Shown: positions 34,929-43,290 of the stretch, piece after piece
Layout: each line of letters starts with the position of its first letter
Position numbering within the stretch: position 1 is the stretch's first letter
Made by a program: the position numbers and the translations under genes
The notes under the pieces: model-generated
Told to the model about the DNA's origin: nothing
What the model saw: the letters and a program-made list of their open reading frames with translations, nothing else
The model's database searches: none
Origin: an uncultured Acidobacteriota bacterium
Lineage (GTDB): Bacteria > Acidobacteriota > Vicinamibacteria > Vicinamibacterales > JAHECP01
Direction of reading: 5' to 3'
Assembly (NCBI GenBank): GCA_963812185.1
Contig: CAWEUE010000003.1
Coordinates: 1,610,512-1,674,511, forward strand
Length of the DNA stretch: 64,000 nt

Positions 34929-34979
34929 GCAGGCCTTCAGGCCTGCGAGGCCCGCACAACGCAGGGCTAAAGCCCTGCG
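34929..34979. repeat. pair of REP-like perfect hairpins downstream of trmO
   Basis: GCAGGCCTtcAGGCCTGC lies at 34929-34946 and CGCAGGGCtaaaGCCCTGCG at 34960-34979. Both are perfect 8-bp stems. No T-tract. Confidence 0.6.
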
Positions 34980-35020
34980 CTACGCGAGCGGGCCGATGGC
35001 AACTCGCGTGAGCTCCGGGA

Positions 35021-35515
35021 TCAAGGTTCCTCTCCGTGGAACCGGCCGTCGGCCCGCTCGCGCGCGCTCGCGCCGGCCCCGAACCACCCGTCGCGCGAGC
35101 CGGGGAAGGCGTCGACGGACGGCACGTAGGGCTTGATGTCGAGCAGCGGCGTGCCGTCGAGCACGTCGAGGTCGGCCACGCGCAGCCGCGCGCCCTCGCG
35201 CGCGATCAGCCGGACGACGGACAGGCCGATGCCGTTCGGGCGGCTGGGCGCGCGGGTGGCGAAGACACCACGCGGGACGACGTCGCGGTAGGGCACCACC
35301 GAGAGGGCGCAGGGCCCCGCGCGGTCGAGCGCGTAGACGAGCCACACGCGCTCGAAGCCGTCGAGGTCGTCGAGGCCCGGCGCGAGGTCCGCGTCCACCT
35401 CGACCACGCCCTCGACGCCGGCGCCGAACACCGGCTGGATGGGCGTGCCGGCGGCCTCGCGGAACGGCGTGTGAATCGTGCCGATGCGCCTGAAGGTGAA
35501 CGTGTCGGAGTCCAT
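35021..35515 (-). CDS. trmO: tRNA (N6-threonylcarbamoyladenosine(37)-N6)-methyltransferase TrmO (TsaA/YaeB family)
   Basis: MDSDTFTFRRIGTIHTPF...GFERVWLVYALD...RPNGIGLSVVRLI...VADLDVLDGTPLLDIKPY. Confidence 0.85.
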   Translation of the reverse strand: MDSDTFTFRRIGTIHTPFREAAGTPIQPVFGAGVEGVVEVDADLAPGLDDLDGFERVWLVYALDRAGPCALSVVPYRDVVPRGVFATRAPSRPNGIGLSVVRLIAREGARLRVADLDVLDGTPLLDIKPYVPSVDAFPGSRDGWFGAGASARERADGRFHGEEP

Positions 35516-35622
35516 GACCGGTGCTCCCCGCCTGCCAGGCGAGCCGATGACGAGGTATTCTACAATGCAGTGGCGCGGGTCTGAGACCTGTGCCACCCGA
35601 CGCAAGGGAGGAAGGAACGACC

Positions 35623-35973
35623 ATGCAGGTCAAGAGAGCCGAAACCGTCCCGGCCGAGCCCGTCAGCGGATCGCCGGGCGCGTCGATTCGATGGCTGTGG
35701 GCCGAGAAGGACGGAGCGCCGAACTTCGCGCTGCGGCTGATCGAGGTGCAGCCGGGCGCGTCGACGCCGCACCACGCCCACCCCTACGAGCACGAGGTCT
35801 TCGTCCTGAGCGGCCGGGCCAACCTCCTGGAGGGCGGCGGCGAGGCGCACCCGCTCGGGCCGGGCGACACGGCGATCGTCATGCCGGACGAGACGCACCA
35901 GTTCGTCAACGCGGGCAGCGACGTCCTGCGATTCCTCTGCCTCATCCCGCTCGCGCGCGGGGCGAAGCCATGA
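35623..35973 (+). CDS. cupin domain protein
   Basis: MQVKRAE...IEVQPGASTPHHAHPYEHEVFVLSGRANL...GPGDTAIVMPDETHQFVN shows both cupin motifs. Confidence 0.8.
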   Translation: MQVKRAETVPAEPVSGSPGASIRWLWAEKDGAPNFALRLIEVQPGASTPHHAHPYEHEVFVLSGRANLLEGGGEAHPLGPGDTAIVMPDETHQFVNAGSDVLRFLCLIPLARGAKP

Positions 35974-36476
35974 GCGACGGCGCCGTTCCGGGCGCGGTCA
36001 CGCTGGACCGACCCGCGTTCCAGGACTACTACCCCGACGACCTGAGCCAGTGCTACGGGTGCGGCCGGCTGAACGAGCACGGCCTGCAGATCAAGACCTA
36101 CTGGGACGGCGAGGAGACGGTCACCCGCTACGTGCCGCGCCCCTCCCACACCGCGATCCCCGGCTACGTGTACGGCGGGCTGATCGCGTCGCTCATCGAC
36201 TGCCACGGCACGGGCACGGCGGCGGCCGCGGCCTACCGGGCGGCCGGCCGCGAGATGGGCAGCGAGCCGCCGTACCGCTTCGTCACGGCGTCGCTGCACG
36301 TCGACTTCCTGCGCCCGACGCCGCTCGGCGTCCTGCTCGAGGTCCGCGGCACGATCAAGTCCGTGGCGGGACGCAAGGTCGTCGTGGGCGCCACGCTCTC
36401 GGCCGACGGCGTCGTCTGCGCGCGCGGCGAGGTCGTGGCGGTCGAGATGCCCGAGCGGATGCGCGGCGCCTCCTGA
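35970..36476 (+). CDS. PaaI-family hotdog-fold thioesterase
   Basis: ATG at 35970 overlaps the cupin stop. CYGCGRLNEHGLQIK...GYVYGGLIASLIDCHGTG...VTASLHVDFLRP...G..VCARGEVV. Confidence 0.75.
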   Translation: MSDGAVPGAVTLDRPAFQDYYPDDLSQCYGCGRLNEHGLQIKTYWDGEETVTRYVPRPSHTAIPGYVYGGLIASLIDCHGTGTAAAAAYRAAGREMGSEPPYRFVTASLHVDFLRPTPLGVLLEVRGTIKSVAGRKVVVGATLSADGVVCARGEVVAVEMPERMRGAS

Positions 36477-36576
36477 GCCGTCGGCGGACGCATGCGCCAC
36501 GCCGCGCGCGGCCACGGGCAGGGGCGACCCGCCGGGTCGCCCCGACGACGGGCCAGACGTCTCGCGAGGACGTGCG

Positions 36577-37281
36577 TCACGCGGCGTGGAGGAAGCTGTC
36601 GGTCAGCCGCTGCCACTGCCCCTTCTCGAGCAGCGCGTGCACGGGGAACAGCAGCTCACCGCCGTCGGCGGCGGCGAAGCCGAGCTCGTGCTCGACCGCG
36701 CGCTCGAAGCGCGCCGTCTCGCTCATGAACCAGCGCCGCGCCGCCTCGCCCTTCGGCAGGTCCTCGTGGCCGGCGTCGGACGGCGTCACCCGGAACAGCC
36801 AGCCGCGCACGTAGGGGTCGCGGTGCAGCAGCGACGGGTCGCGCGCGATCGCCCGGTTCACCGCGGTGACGACCCCGGTCACCGGCGAGGGGATCCACGT
36901 CTCCTGCCCGTCGGCGCGGATGGTGCCGACCGGCTCGCCGCGGCGCACCGCCGCGCCGACGCGCGGCAGCGTCACGCGGGCCGGCGACGGCAGGAGCCGC
37001 TGCGCCAGGTCGTCGAGGCCGATCGTCAGGCCGCGGCTGCGCGCCGGCGCGAGCCAGGTGTGGCCCGGCGCGTAGTGGAGACCCGGCCGCCACGACATCC
37101 GGCCGACGCGCGTCACGCCGAGCAGGCGCCGCCGCAGCGAGGCCAGCCCCTCCAGCCCGCCAATCAGCAGCAGGATGGGCAGCGACAGGAGCGCGATGAT
37201 GGCGACGAACGCCATCAGGCGCAGGCCGAGCCCGACGACGAAGACGCCGAGCGTGCCGAGGAAATCGATGAGCGGTGTCAT
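36577..37281 (-). CDS. membrane-anchored GcvH-fold (lipoyl-domain-like) protein lacking the lipoyl-lysine, copy 1
   Basis: MTPLIDFLGTLGVFVVGLGLRLMAFVAIIALLSLPILLLIGGL is hydrophobic and is followed by RRRLL. GcvH-like motifs follow: YAPGHTWL, IGLDDLAQ, VGAAVRRGEPVGTIRADGQETWIPSPVTGVVTAVN, PYVRGWLFRV. Gly occupies the position of the lipoyl-Lys. Confidence 0.7.
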   Translation of the reverse strand: MTPLIDFLGTLGVFVVGLGLRLMAFVAIIALLSLPILLLIGGLEGLASLRRRLLGVTRVGRMSWRPGLHYAPGHTWLAPARSRGLTIGLDDLAQRLLPSPARVTLPRVGAAVRRGEPVGTIRADGQETWIPSPVTGVVTAVNRAIARDPSLLHRDPYVRGWLFRVTPSDAGHEDLPKGEAARRWFMSETARFERAVEHELGFAAADGGELLFPVHALLEKGQWQRLTDSFLHAA

Positions 37282-37292
37282 GACATCCTTCC

Positions 37293-37652
37293 TCACTGGC
37301 TCCGGTGACAGTGCGCGCAATCGTCGAGGCCGGTCGCGTGCTGGCCGTCGTGGCAGGCGCCGCACTGACGCTTCTGCTCCATGTCCGCGTGGGTGATCGG
37401 CCGGCCGTCGGCCGTCCGTCCCGGCGCGAGCGTCTTGAACAGCTTCGGGTGGCACGTGACGCAGTCGGGCCGCCCCTGCACGGCGACGTGGATCTCGTGG
37501 CTGAAGGTCACCGGCCCCGGACCGTCCGCCGCCGCGAAGACGAAGTCCTTCGGCAGCCGGGGGAGCGACTGCGCCGCGCCGAGCGCGACGGCGCCCCAGA
37601 GCGCTAGCCCGACCAGACCGCCGAACCTCACGAACCGTGGAATGGTGCGCAT
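37293..37652 (-). CDS. membrane-anchored triheme cytochrome c (c7/c3 class III-like)
   Basis: MRTIPRFVRFGGLVGLALWGAVALGAA is a signal or anchor. VTFSHEIHV...CVTCH...CGACHDG...CAHCH gives three CxxCH motifs in the c7-type spacing. An alternative start lies at 37667. Confidence 0.8.
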   Translation of the reverse strand: MRTIPRFVRFGGLVGLALWGAVALGAAQSLPRLPKDFVFAAADGPGPVTFSHEIHVAVQGRPDCVTCHPKLFKTLAPGRTADGRPITHADMEQKRQCGACHDGQHATGLDDCAHCHRSQ

Positions 37653-37711
37653 CGCCTCATCCCTCATGGACTCGAGGGCGGCCGCGCGGGCCGCCCGGTT
37701 GTCGTCGCCGA

Positions 37712-38413
37712 TCACCGCTCCCGCTGCGTGAGCAGGAATTCCCGCGCCAGGTCGTCCCACCCGTCGGGCTGCAGGGCGGGCGCGAGGCCGTGCACCGGCA
37801 CGCCGCCGTCCTCGTAGACAACGCCCATGGCGGGCCGCAGCCGGCCGCGCAGCTGGGTGGCCGTCGCCTCGCTCCACGCCTCGGCGAACGCGCCGGTGAG
37901 CAGGCTCTTCAGGTTGGCGGCGAGCCGCGTCGGCCTCACCTTCACGAGCCACCCGCGGCCGTAGGCGTCCTCGATGGCGCGGCCCGGCTCGCACGCGGCG
38001 GGGTTGACCGCCTCGACGACGCCGTCGACCGGCGACAGGACGTCGATCGTGGCGCCGCCGGCGACGAGCGTCCAGCCGGGCTCGCCCTGCGCGAGCGCGG
38101 CGCCCGGCGCCGGGAGGCGCACGCCGGCGAGCGCGCCCACGAGCTTGTGGCCGAAGTCGTCCACGCCGAGCGTCAGGAGGCCGTCGGCCTCGAGGCGCGC
38201 CCACGCGTGGCCGGGGTGGTAGTAGAGCGACGGCGGCGTGTCGAACCAGCCCGACACGGGCGCCGCGCGCCGCCGGACGCCGGCCGCCGCCCGCACCCGC
38301 CGCCCGCCCTGCACGTAGCGCCAGAACGGCACGAACAGGAGCAGGAAGAGCGCGGCGATGACGTACTCGACCGGCTTCGCGGAGTAGAGCGTGAGAATGC
38401 CGTGCGGAATCAT
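37712..38413 (-). CDS. membrane-anchored GcvH-fold protein lacking the lipoyl-lysine, copy 2
   Basis: MIPHGILTLYSAKPVEYVIAALFLLLFVPFW contains a TM helix and is followed by RYVQGGRRVRAAAGVRRR. GcvH-like motifs follow: YHPGHAWA, LGVDDFGHKLVG, GEPGWTLVAGGATIDVLSPVDGVVEAVN, YGRGWLVKV. Confidence 0.7.
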   Translation of the reverse strand: MIPHGILTLYSAKPVEYVIAALFLLLFVPFWRYVQGGRRVRAAAGVRRRAAPVSGWFDTPPSLYYHPGHAWARLEADGLLTLGVDDFGHKLVGALAGVRLPAPGAALAQGEPGWTLVAGGATIDVLSPVDGVVEAVNPAACEPGRAIEDAYGRGWLVKVRPTRLAANLKSLLTGAFAEAWSEATATQLRGRLRPAMGVVYEDGGVPVHGLAPALQPDGWDDLAREFLLTQRER

Positions 38414-38427
38414 GGCGGCCTCCGGCC

Positions 38428-39654
38428 TCAGTGGACGTCGGGATAGTCGGGATGCTCCGCCAGCACGGGCATCCGGTTGACGATCCACCTGAACGTCAGC
38501 ACGCCGAGCGTGATGATGCAGAGCGAGGTCAGGACCTCCATGGCGCTCGGCACGTAGCGCACGGGCGCCTGCCAGTTCATGGCGAAGATCGAGACGTTCA
38601 GGCGGTTCAGCACGACCCCGGCGACGGTCAGCCCGGCCGCGATCCGCGCCAGGCGCACGTGGGCCGTGCGCGCGGCGTGCGCGAACAGGAAGCAGGGCAC
38701 GAGCGCCAGACCACCGACCTCGAGCGCGTACCACGCGCCCCAGCCGGACCTGAGGTAGGTCCAGTCGCCGCTGTCGGCCAGCCCCTGCAGCTTCAGGAAG
38801 ACGTAGGTGAACAGCACCACCGAAGCGCCGCGCGAGAGCCCCAGCGTGAGCGCGTCGAGGTCGACGTGCCGCCGCGGATCCAGCCGGTCGCGAAACAGCC
38901 GGTGGGACATCGCGCTCTCGAGCACGACCATCCCCAGGCCGGCGGCGATGCTCGAGACGAAGAAATAGAGCGGGATGAAGGACGAGTACCAGAGCGGGTG
39001 CAGCTTGGTCGGCGTCAGCAGGAACAGCGCGCCGAGCGACGACTGGTGCAGCGTCGAGAGCACGATGCCGAGCACGACGGCCCCGATCGTGATCTGCACC
39101 GCGCGCGCGCGCAGCTGCCGGAGCCCGAGCCACTCGAACACCGGCGGCAGGAACTCGATCGCCAGGACCGTAGTGTAGAGCGCCACGCACCAGCCCACCT
39201 CGTACATCACCGACGTGGGGCCGGCGGAGTAGAAGATCGGGTACGCGATGCGCCAGGGCTGGCCGAGGTCCACGAGCAGCCCGAACACGGCGAACACGTA
39301 GCCGAGGAAGCCCGTCAGGACGGCCGCGCGCAGGATCGGCCGGTACTCCCGCAGGCCGAGCACGTAGACGGCGCCGGCGATCGTGTAGCCGCCGGCGGCC
39401 AGCGCCACGCCGCTCATCATGTCCAGGCCGATCCACAGGCCCCAGGGGCTCGTCTGGCTGAGGTTGGTCACCGCGCCGAGCCCGAACAGGAACCGGTAGA
39501 CGATGACGGGCAGCCCCGCCGCGACGATGATCGCCGCGACGGCGTTGAACGGCGTCAGCAGCGAGCGCAGGTAGTCGGGCCACGCGAGCCCGAGGAAGAT
39601 CTTCTCGGTCATCCACGGACGGATCGCGGCCGCGCGGGTGGTCGTGTCACTCAT
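38428..39654 (-). CDS. NrfD/PsrC/HybB-family polytopic membrane (quinone-interacting) subunit
   Basis: 408 aa with about 10 hydrophobic helices. Motifs typical of NrfD-like proteins: PWGLWIGLDMMSGVALAAGG and LHQSSLGALFLL. It overlaps the upstream Fe-S gene by 8 nt. Confidence 0.85.
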   Translation of the reverse strand: MSDTTTRAAAIRPWMTEKIFLGLAWPDYLRSLLTPFNAVAAIIVAAGLPVIVYRFLFGLGAVTNLSQTSPWGLWIGLDMMSGVALAAGGYTIAGAVYVLGLREYRPILRAAVLTGFLGYVFAVFGLLVDLGQPWRIAYPIFYSAGPTSVMYEVGWCVALYTTVLAIEFLPPVFEWLGLRQLRARAVQITIGAVVLGIVLSTLHQSSLGALFLLTPTKLHPLWYSSFIPLYFFVSSIAAGLGMVVLESAMSHRLFRDRLDPRRHVDLDALTLGLSRGASVVLFTYVFLKLQGLADSGDWTYLRSGWGAWYALEVGGLALVPCFLFAHAARTAHVRLARIAAGLTVAGVVLNRLNVSIFAMNWQAPVRYVPSAMEVLTSLCIITLGVLTFRWIVNRMPVLAEHPDYPDVH

Positions 39655-40522
39655 GGTCGGCCTCCCCGGCGCCCGCGTCCTCGCGCCGCTTGGCGAACGT
39701 GTAGAGCGCCATGAGCAACGGCGGCCACAGCGTGATCACGAACGGCACCGCCGCCAGCGACGCCTGCGTCATCTCGGCGAACCCGTGCAGGCCCAGGTCG
39801 GTCCGCATGCCGATCCGATCGAACGGGACGTCGCTCAGGTAGAGCCAGCTCAGCCCGCCCACCTCGTGCTCGCCGTAGACGTGGTGCACGTAGCGGTCGG
39901 GGTGCTGGTAGATGCGCAGCCGGGCCTCCTCGATGAGGTCCTTGCGCGAGCCGAACGTGAGCGCGCCGCTCGGGCAGACGCTCGCGCACGCCGGCGCCAG
40001 GCCCTGGGCCTGCCGCTCGGCGCAGAACTCGCACTTGCGCACGTAGGGCACCGCTTTCTCGTACTGGTACTTCGGAACCTCGAACGGGCACGCCATCATG
40101 CAGTAGCGGCAGCCCATGCAGCGGTCCTTGTGGTAGACGACGGGACCGGCCGCCGTCTTCTCGATCGCCTTGACCGGGCACGCCGACGCGCAGCCCGGCT
40201 CGAGGCAGTGGTTGCACTGCCGCTTCACGAAGCGCAGCGTGCCGTCCGCCGCGGGCGCGTACTCGCTCACCACCGTGAAGTGATCCGTGTCGGTGGCGCG
40301 CGTGCCCGCCGCCGGCGCCGCAACCGGCGGCCCCAGGCCGTTGGCCTCGGCGCACGCCGCCTCGCAGGCGCGGCAGCCCACGCAGCGGGTCGTGTCGACC
40401 AGCATGGCCGCCGCGTCCGCCCCAGGCACCTCCTGCGGCGACGCTTCGAGCCGCCCGCCCGCGAGGGCGGTGGCCCCGGTCACGCCGGCCACCTTGAAGA
40501 ACGTCCGTCTGCTCAGATCCAT
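39647..40522 (-). CDS. Tat-exported 4x[4Fe-4S] ferredoxin-like subunit (HybA/DsrO/HmcB-like) with C-terminal TM anchor
   Basis: MDLSRRTFFKVAG is a twin-arginine signal. Four Cys clusters are present: CVGCRACEAAC, CNHCLEPGCASACP, CMGCRYCMMACP, CEFC...CASVCP. The C-terminal segment AAVPFVITLWPPLLMALYTF is hydrophobic. Confidence 0.85.
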   Translation of the reverse strand: MDLSRRTFFKVAGVTGATALAGGRLEASPQEVPGADAAAMLVDTTRCVGCRACEAACAEANGLGPPVAAPAAGTRATDTDHFTVVSEYAPAADGTLRFVKRQCNHCLEPGCASACPVKAIEKTAAGPVVYHKDRCMGCRYCMMACPFEVPKYQYEKAVPYVRKCEFCAERQAQGLAPACASVCPSGALTFGSRKDLIEEARLRIYQHPDRYVHHVYGEHEVGGLSWLYLSDVPFDRIGMRTDLGLHGFAEMTQASLAAVPFVITLWPPLLMALYTFAKRREDAGAGEADHE

Positions 40523-40630
40523 CGCCGTATCCTCGTGCGGCGCAGTTCGCACCGCGCTCGCCGCCCCGGAGCGCGGGCGCCGGCTTTCGCCGCGCCCGAC
40601 GAGACACTCCGCCGCGCCCGCCGCGCCGGA

Positions 40631-40705
40631 TCACTCGGCGCGCGCGAGCGACAGGAACCCGTACAGCACCAGCCCGACAATCGACAGAGCAAATGCGAGA
40701 ATCAT
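40631..40705 (-). CDS. possible 24-aa hydrophobic micropeptide
   Basis: ATG at 40705 overlaps the stop of the upstream ORF in an ATGA arrangement. It encodes MILAFALSIVGLVLYGFLSLARAE, a single TM-length helix. It is too short for statistical support. Confidence 0.3.
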   Translation of the reverse strand: MILAFALSIVGLVLYGFLSLARAE

Positions 40706-40935
40706 CGCCGCACCTCCTTGAAGCAGGGCGTTGGCTCGGCCTTGCCCGCCGCCGGAACGTCGCCGCAGGCGCACTTGTCGATCCGCGCCAGCAGCTCGCA
40801 GTAGAGCGGGCAGTGCTCGAAGTCGTGGGTCAGGCAGGGGCTCGCGCTCACGATCCGGTCGAGCGGAACCATCTTCCTCACCGGGTACCCACTGCAGAAG
40901 AGCATCACGACTTCTTTCAGGTAGGGACAGGACAT
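40702..40935 (-). CDS. small cysteine-rich cytoplasmic protein (77 aa, 8 Cys), first gene of the redox operon
   Basis: ATG at 40935 is preceded by ggaggg. The product is MSCPYLKEVVMLFCSGYPVRKMVPLDRIVSASPCLTHDFEHCPLYCELLARIDKCACGD... It has no signal peptide. Confidence 0.55.
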   Translation of the reverse strand: MSCPYLKEVVMLFCSGYPVRKMVPLDRIVSASPCLTHDFEHCPLYCELLARIDKCACGDVPAAGKAEPTPCFKEVRR

Positions 40936-40958
40936 CGGGACCCTCCAGCCTCCTGTAA

Positions 40959-40974
40959 GGCAAGGCCGGGGCCA
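40959..40974 (-). promoter_or_regulatory. candidate sigma-54 (-24/-12) promoter
   Basis: The minus strand reads TGGCCCcggccTTGCC, with the GG and GC dinucleotides spaced exactly as in the consensus TGGCAC-N5-TTGC. It lies 23 nt upstream of the ATG at 40935. A sigma-54 activator gene lies directly upstream. Confidence 0.5.
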
Positions 40975-41077
40975 TCAGGGGCCCTCTACTCCCCCAGGTT
41001 GAAGCCTGTAACTTACATAGCAATAATGAGTTACAAGTTACGAGTCGGGTTGTGGCAGATGCCCGAAAAGCGCCGTA

Positions 41078-41094
41078 CGTTGAGAAACACAACG
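41078..41094. promoter_or_regulatory. candidate enhancer (UAS) palindrome, proximal copy
   Basis: CGTTGagaaacaCAACG is a 5-bp inverted repeat with a 7-nt spacer, about 105 bp upstream of the -24/-12 element. Confidence 0.4.
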
Positions 41095-41177
41095 GACTTT
41101 GCCGTGTGGCGCGGCTGGGGGCGAAACGAGGCAGGAAAGACGGGGCCTGACGGCGAGCGTTGCATTCCTCAGCGGAC

Positions 41178-41194
41178 CGTTGAGAAGTGCAACG
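41178..41194. promoter_or_regulatory. candidate enhancer (UAS) palindrome, distal copy
   Basis: CGTTGagaagtgCAACG lies exactly 100 bp from the proximal copy and shares 14 of 17 positions with it. Confidence 0.4.
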
Positions 41195-41304
41195 CCTCGA
41201 GCCGTGCTTTCGCGTCCAAGGGCGAGCACGGCAGGCCGCGCACGGCGCCGCCCGCGAGGGAGTGGAGCGGGCATCAGGGTCCCGCGTAACGACCGAGCCG
41301 GGGT

Positions 41305-41321
41305 GTGGGGCGAAGCCCCAC
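41305..41321 (-). terminator. hairpin directly after the response-regulator stop codon
   Basis: GTGGGGCgaaGCCCCAC is a 7-bp GC stem 7 nt beyond the TGA at 41328-41330. No U-tract. Confidence 0.35.
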
Positions 41322-41327
41322 TTCAAT

Positions 41328-42711
<1,384 letters not shown>

Positions 42712-42719
<8 letters not shown>

Positions 42720-43290
42720 CGCAGCCCCCAGGCTGATCCCTGAGATCGAGGTATCGCGTCCAGCAGTCGTGGCAGAGCCCGCCACCCTTCACGTCGACGT
42801 CGATGAGGCTGGCCGAGCGGGACATCACGCAGCGGCGGTCGTCGCAGTGCACGAGGCCGAAGCTGTGGCCCACCTCGTGGGCGGCCTCCTTGGCCAGCCG
42901 CGCGGCGAGCAGCCGGTCGCCGTCGCGGGCCACGCCGTCCGGCGCGAGCCGCGCCGCCGACACGATCGAGGCGCGGCCGGCGAGCTGCGCCTCGCCGAAG
43001 ACGAAGGTCAGGATCGGGATGAACAGATCCATGTCCGTGATGCCCAGCAGCTTGCGCGCCTCGGACGGCCCGCGCTCGAGCAGCCACTCGAGCAGGCGCG
43101 TCGACGAGTGCTGGCCGCGGCGCGGGTCGAACGCGTGTGACGGCCGCTCGGGCGCGTCCCAGATCACCGCGCCGAGCCCGAAGACGTGCTCCACGTGCCC
43201 CCGCACGGCCTCCAGCAGGCCGTCCGGGGAGGGCCCGAGGCCCAGCCACCAGCAGTAGATGGCCGGCGTGGCGCGCTCCCTCTTCGTCAT
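42712..43290 (-). CDS. archaemetzincin-like zinc metallopeptidase (M54 family)
   Basis: AHEVGHSFGLVHCDDRRCVMS is HExxHxxGxxH followed by a Cys-rich zinc motif. A C-terminal CHDC is also present. Its start overlaps the kinase stop by 4 nt and its stop overlaps the regulator start by 8 nt. Confidence 0.75.

Noticed and set aside
36577-38413. Annotating the two GcvH-like genes as glycine-cleavage system H protein.
   Set aside because: No gcvT or gcvP genes are nearby. Both proteins carry N-terminal TM helices, and both have Gly where the lipoyl-Lys should be. They cannot act as canonical H-protein.
38428-40522. Calling the HybA-like/NrfD-like pair part of hydrogenase-2, polysulfide/tetrathionate reductase or DsrMKJOP.
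   Set aside because: The operon has no [NiFe] large or small subunit, no molybdopterin catalytic subunit and no DsrM/DsrK homologue. The only hydrogenase in the window is a cytosolic group-3 enzyme 7 kb away on the other strand.
40698-40703. A further GATTCT-type frameshift at the junction of the Cys-rich ORF and the 24-aa ORF.
   Set aside because: The upstream ORF's TGA precedes the duplicated T, so that ORF is unaffected. Deleting a T converts the clean hydrophobic helix into an Arg/Cys/Ser-rich nonsense frame. The hexamer therefore looks genuine here, as it does at 54888 and 62885.
40975-41327. A protein-coding gene in the 390-nt gap between the response regulator and the Cys-rich ORF (track ORFs 40693..41289, 41038..41274, 41099..41413).
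   Set aside because: The translations are low-complexity and overlap in multiple frames. The region is better explained as a regulatory spacer containing the palindromes, the AT-rich stretch and the -24/-12 element.
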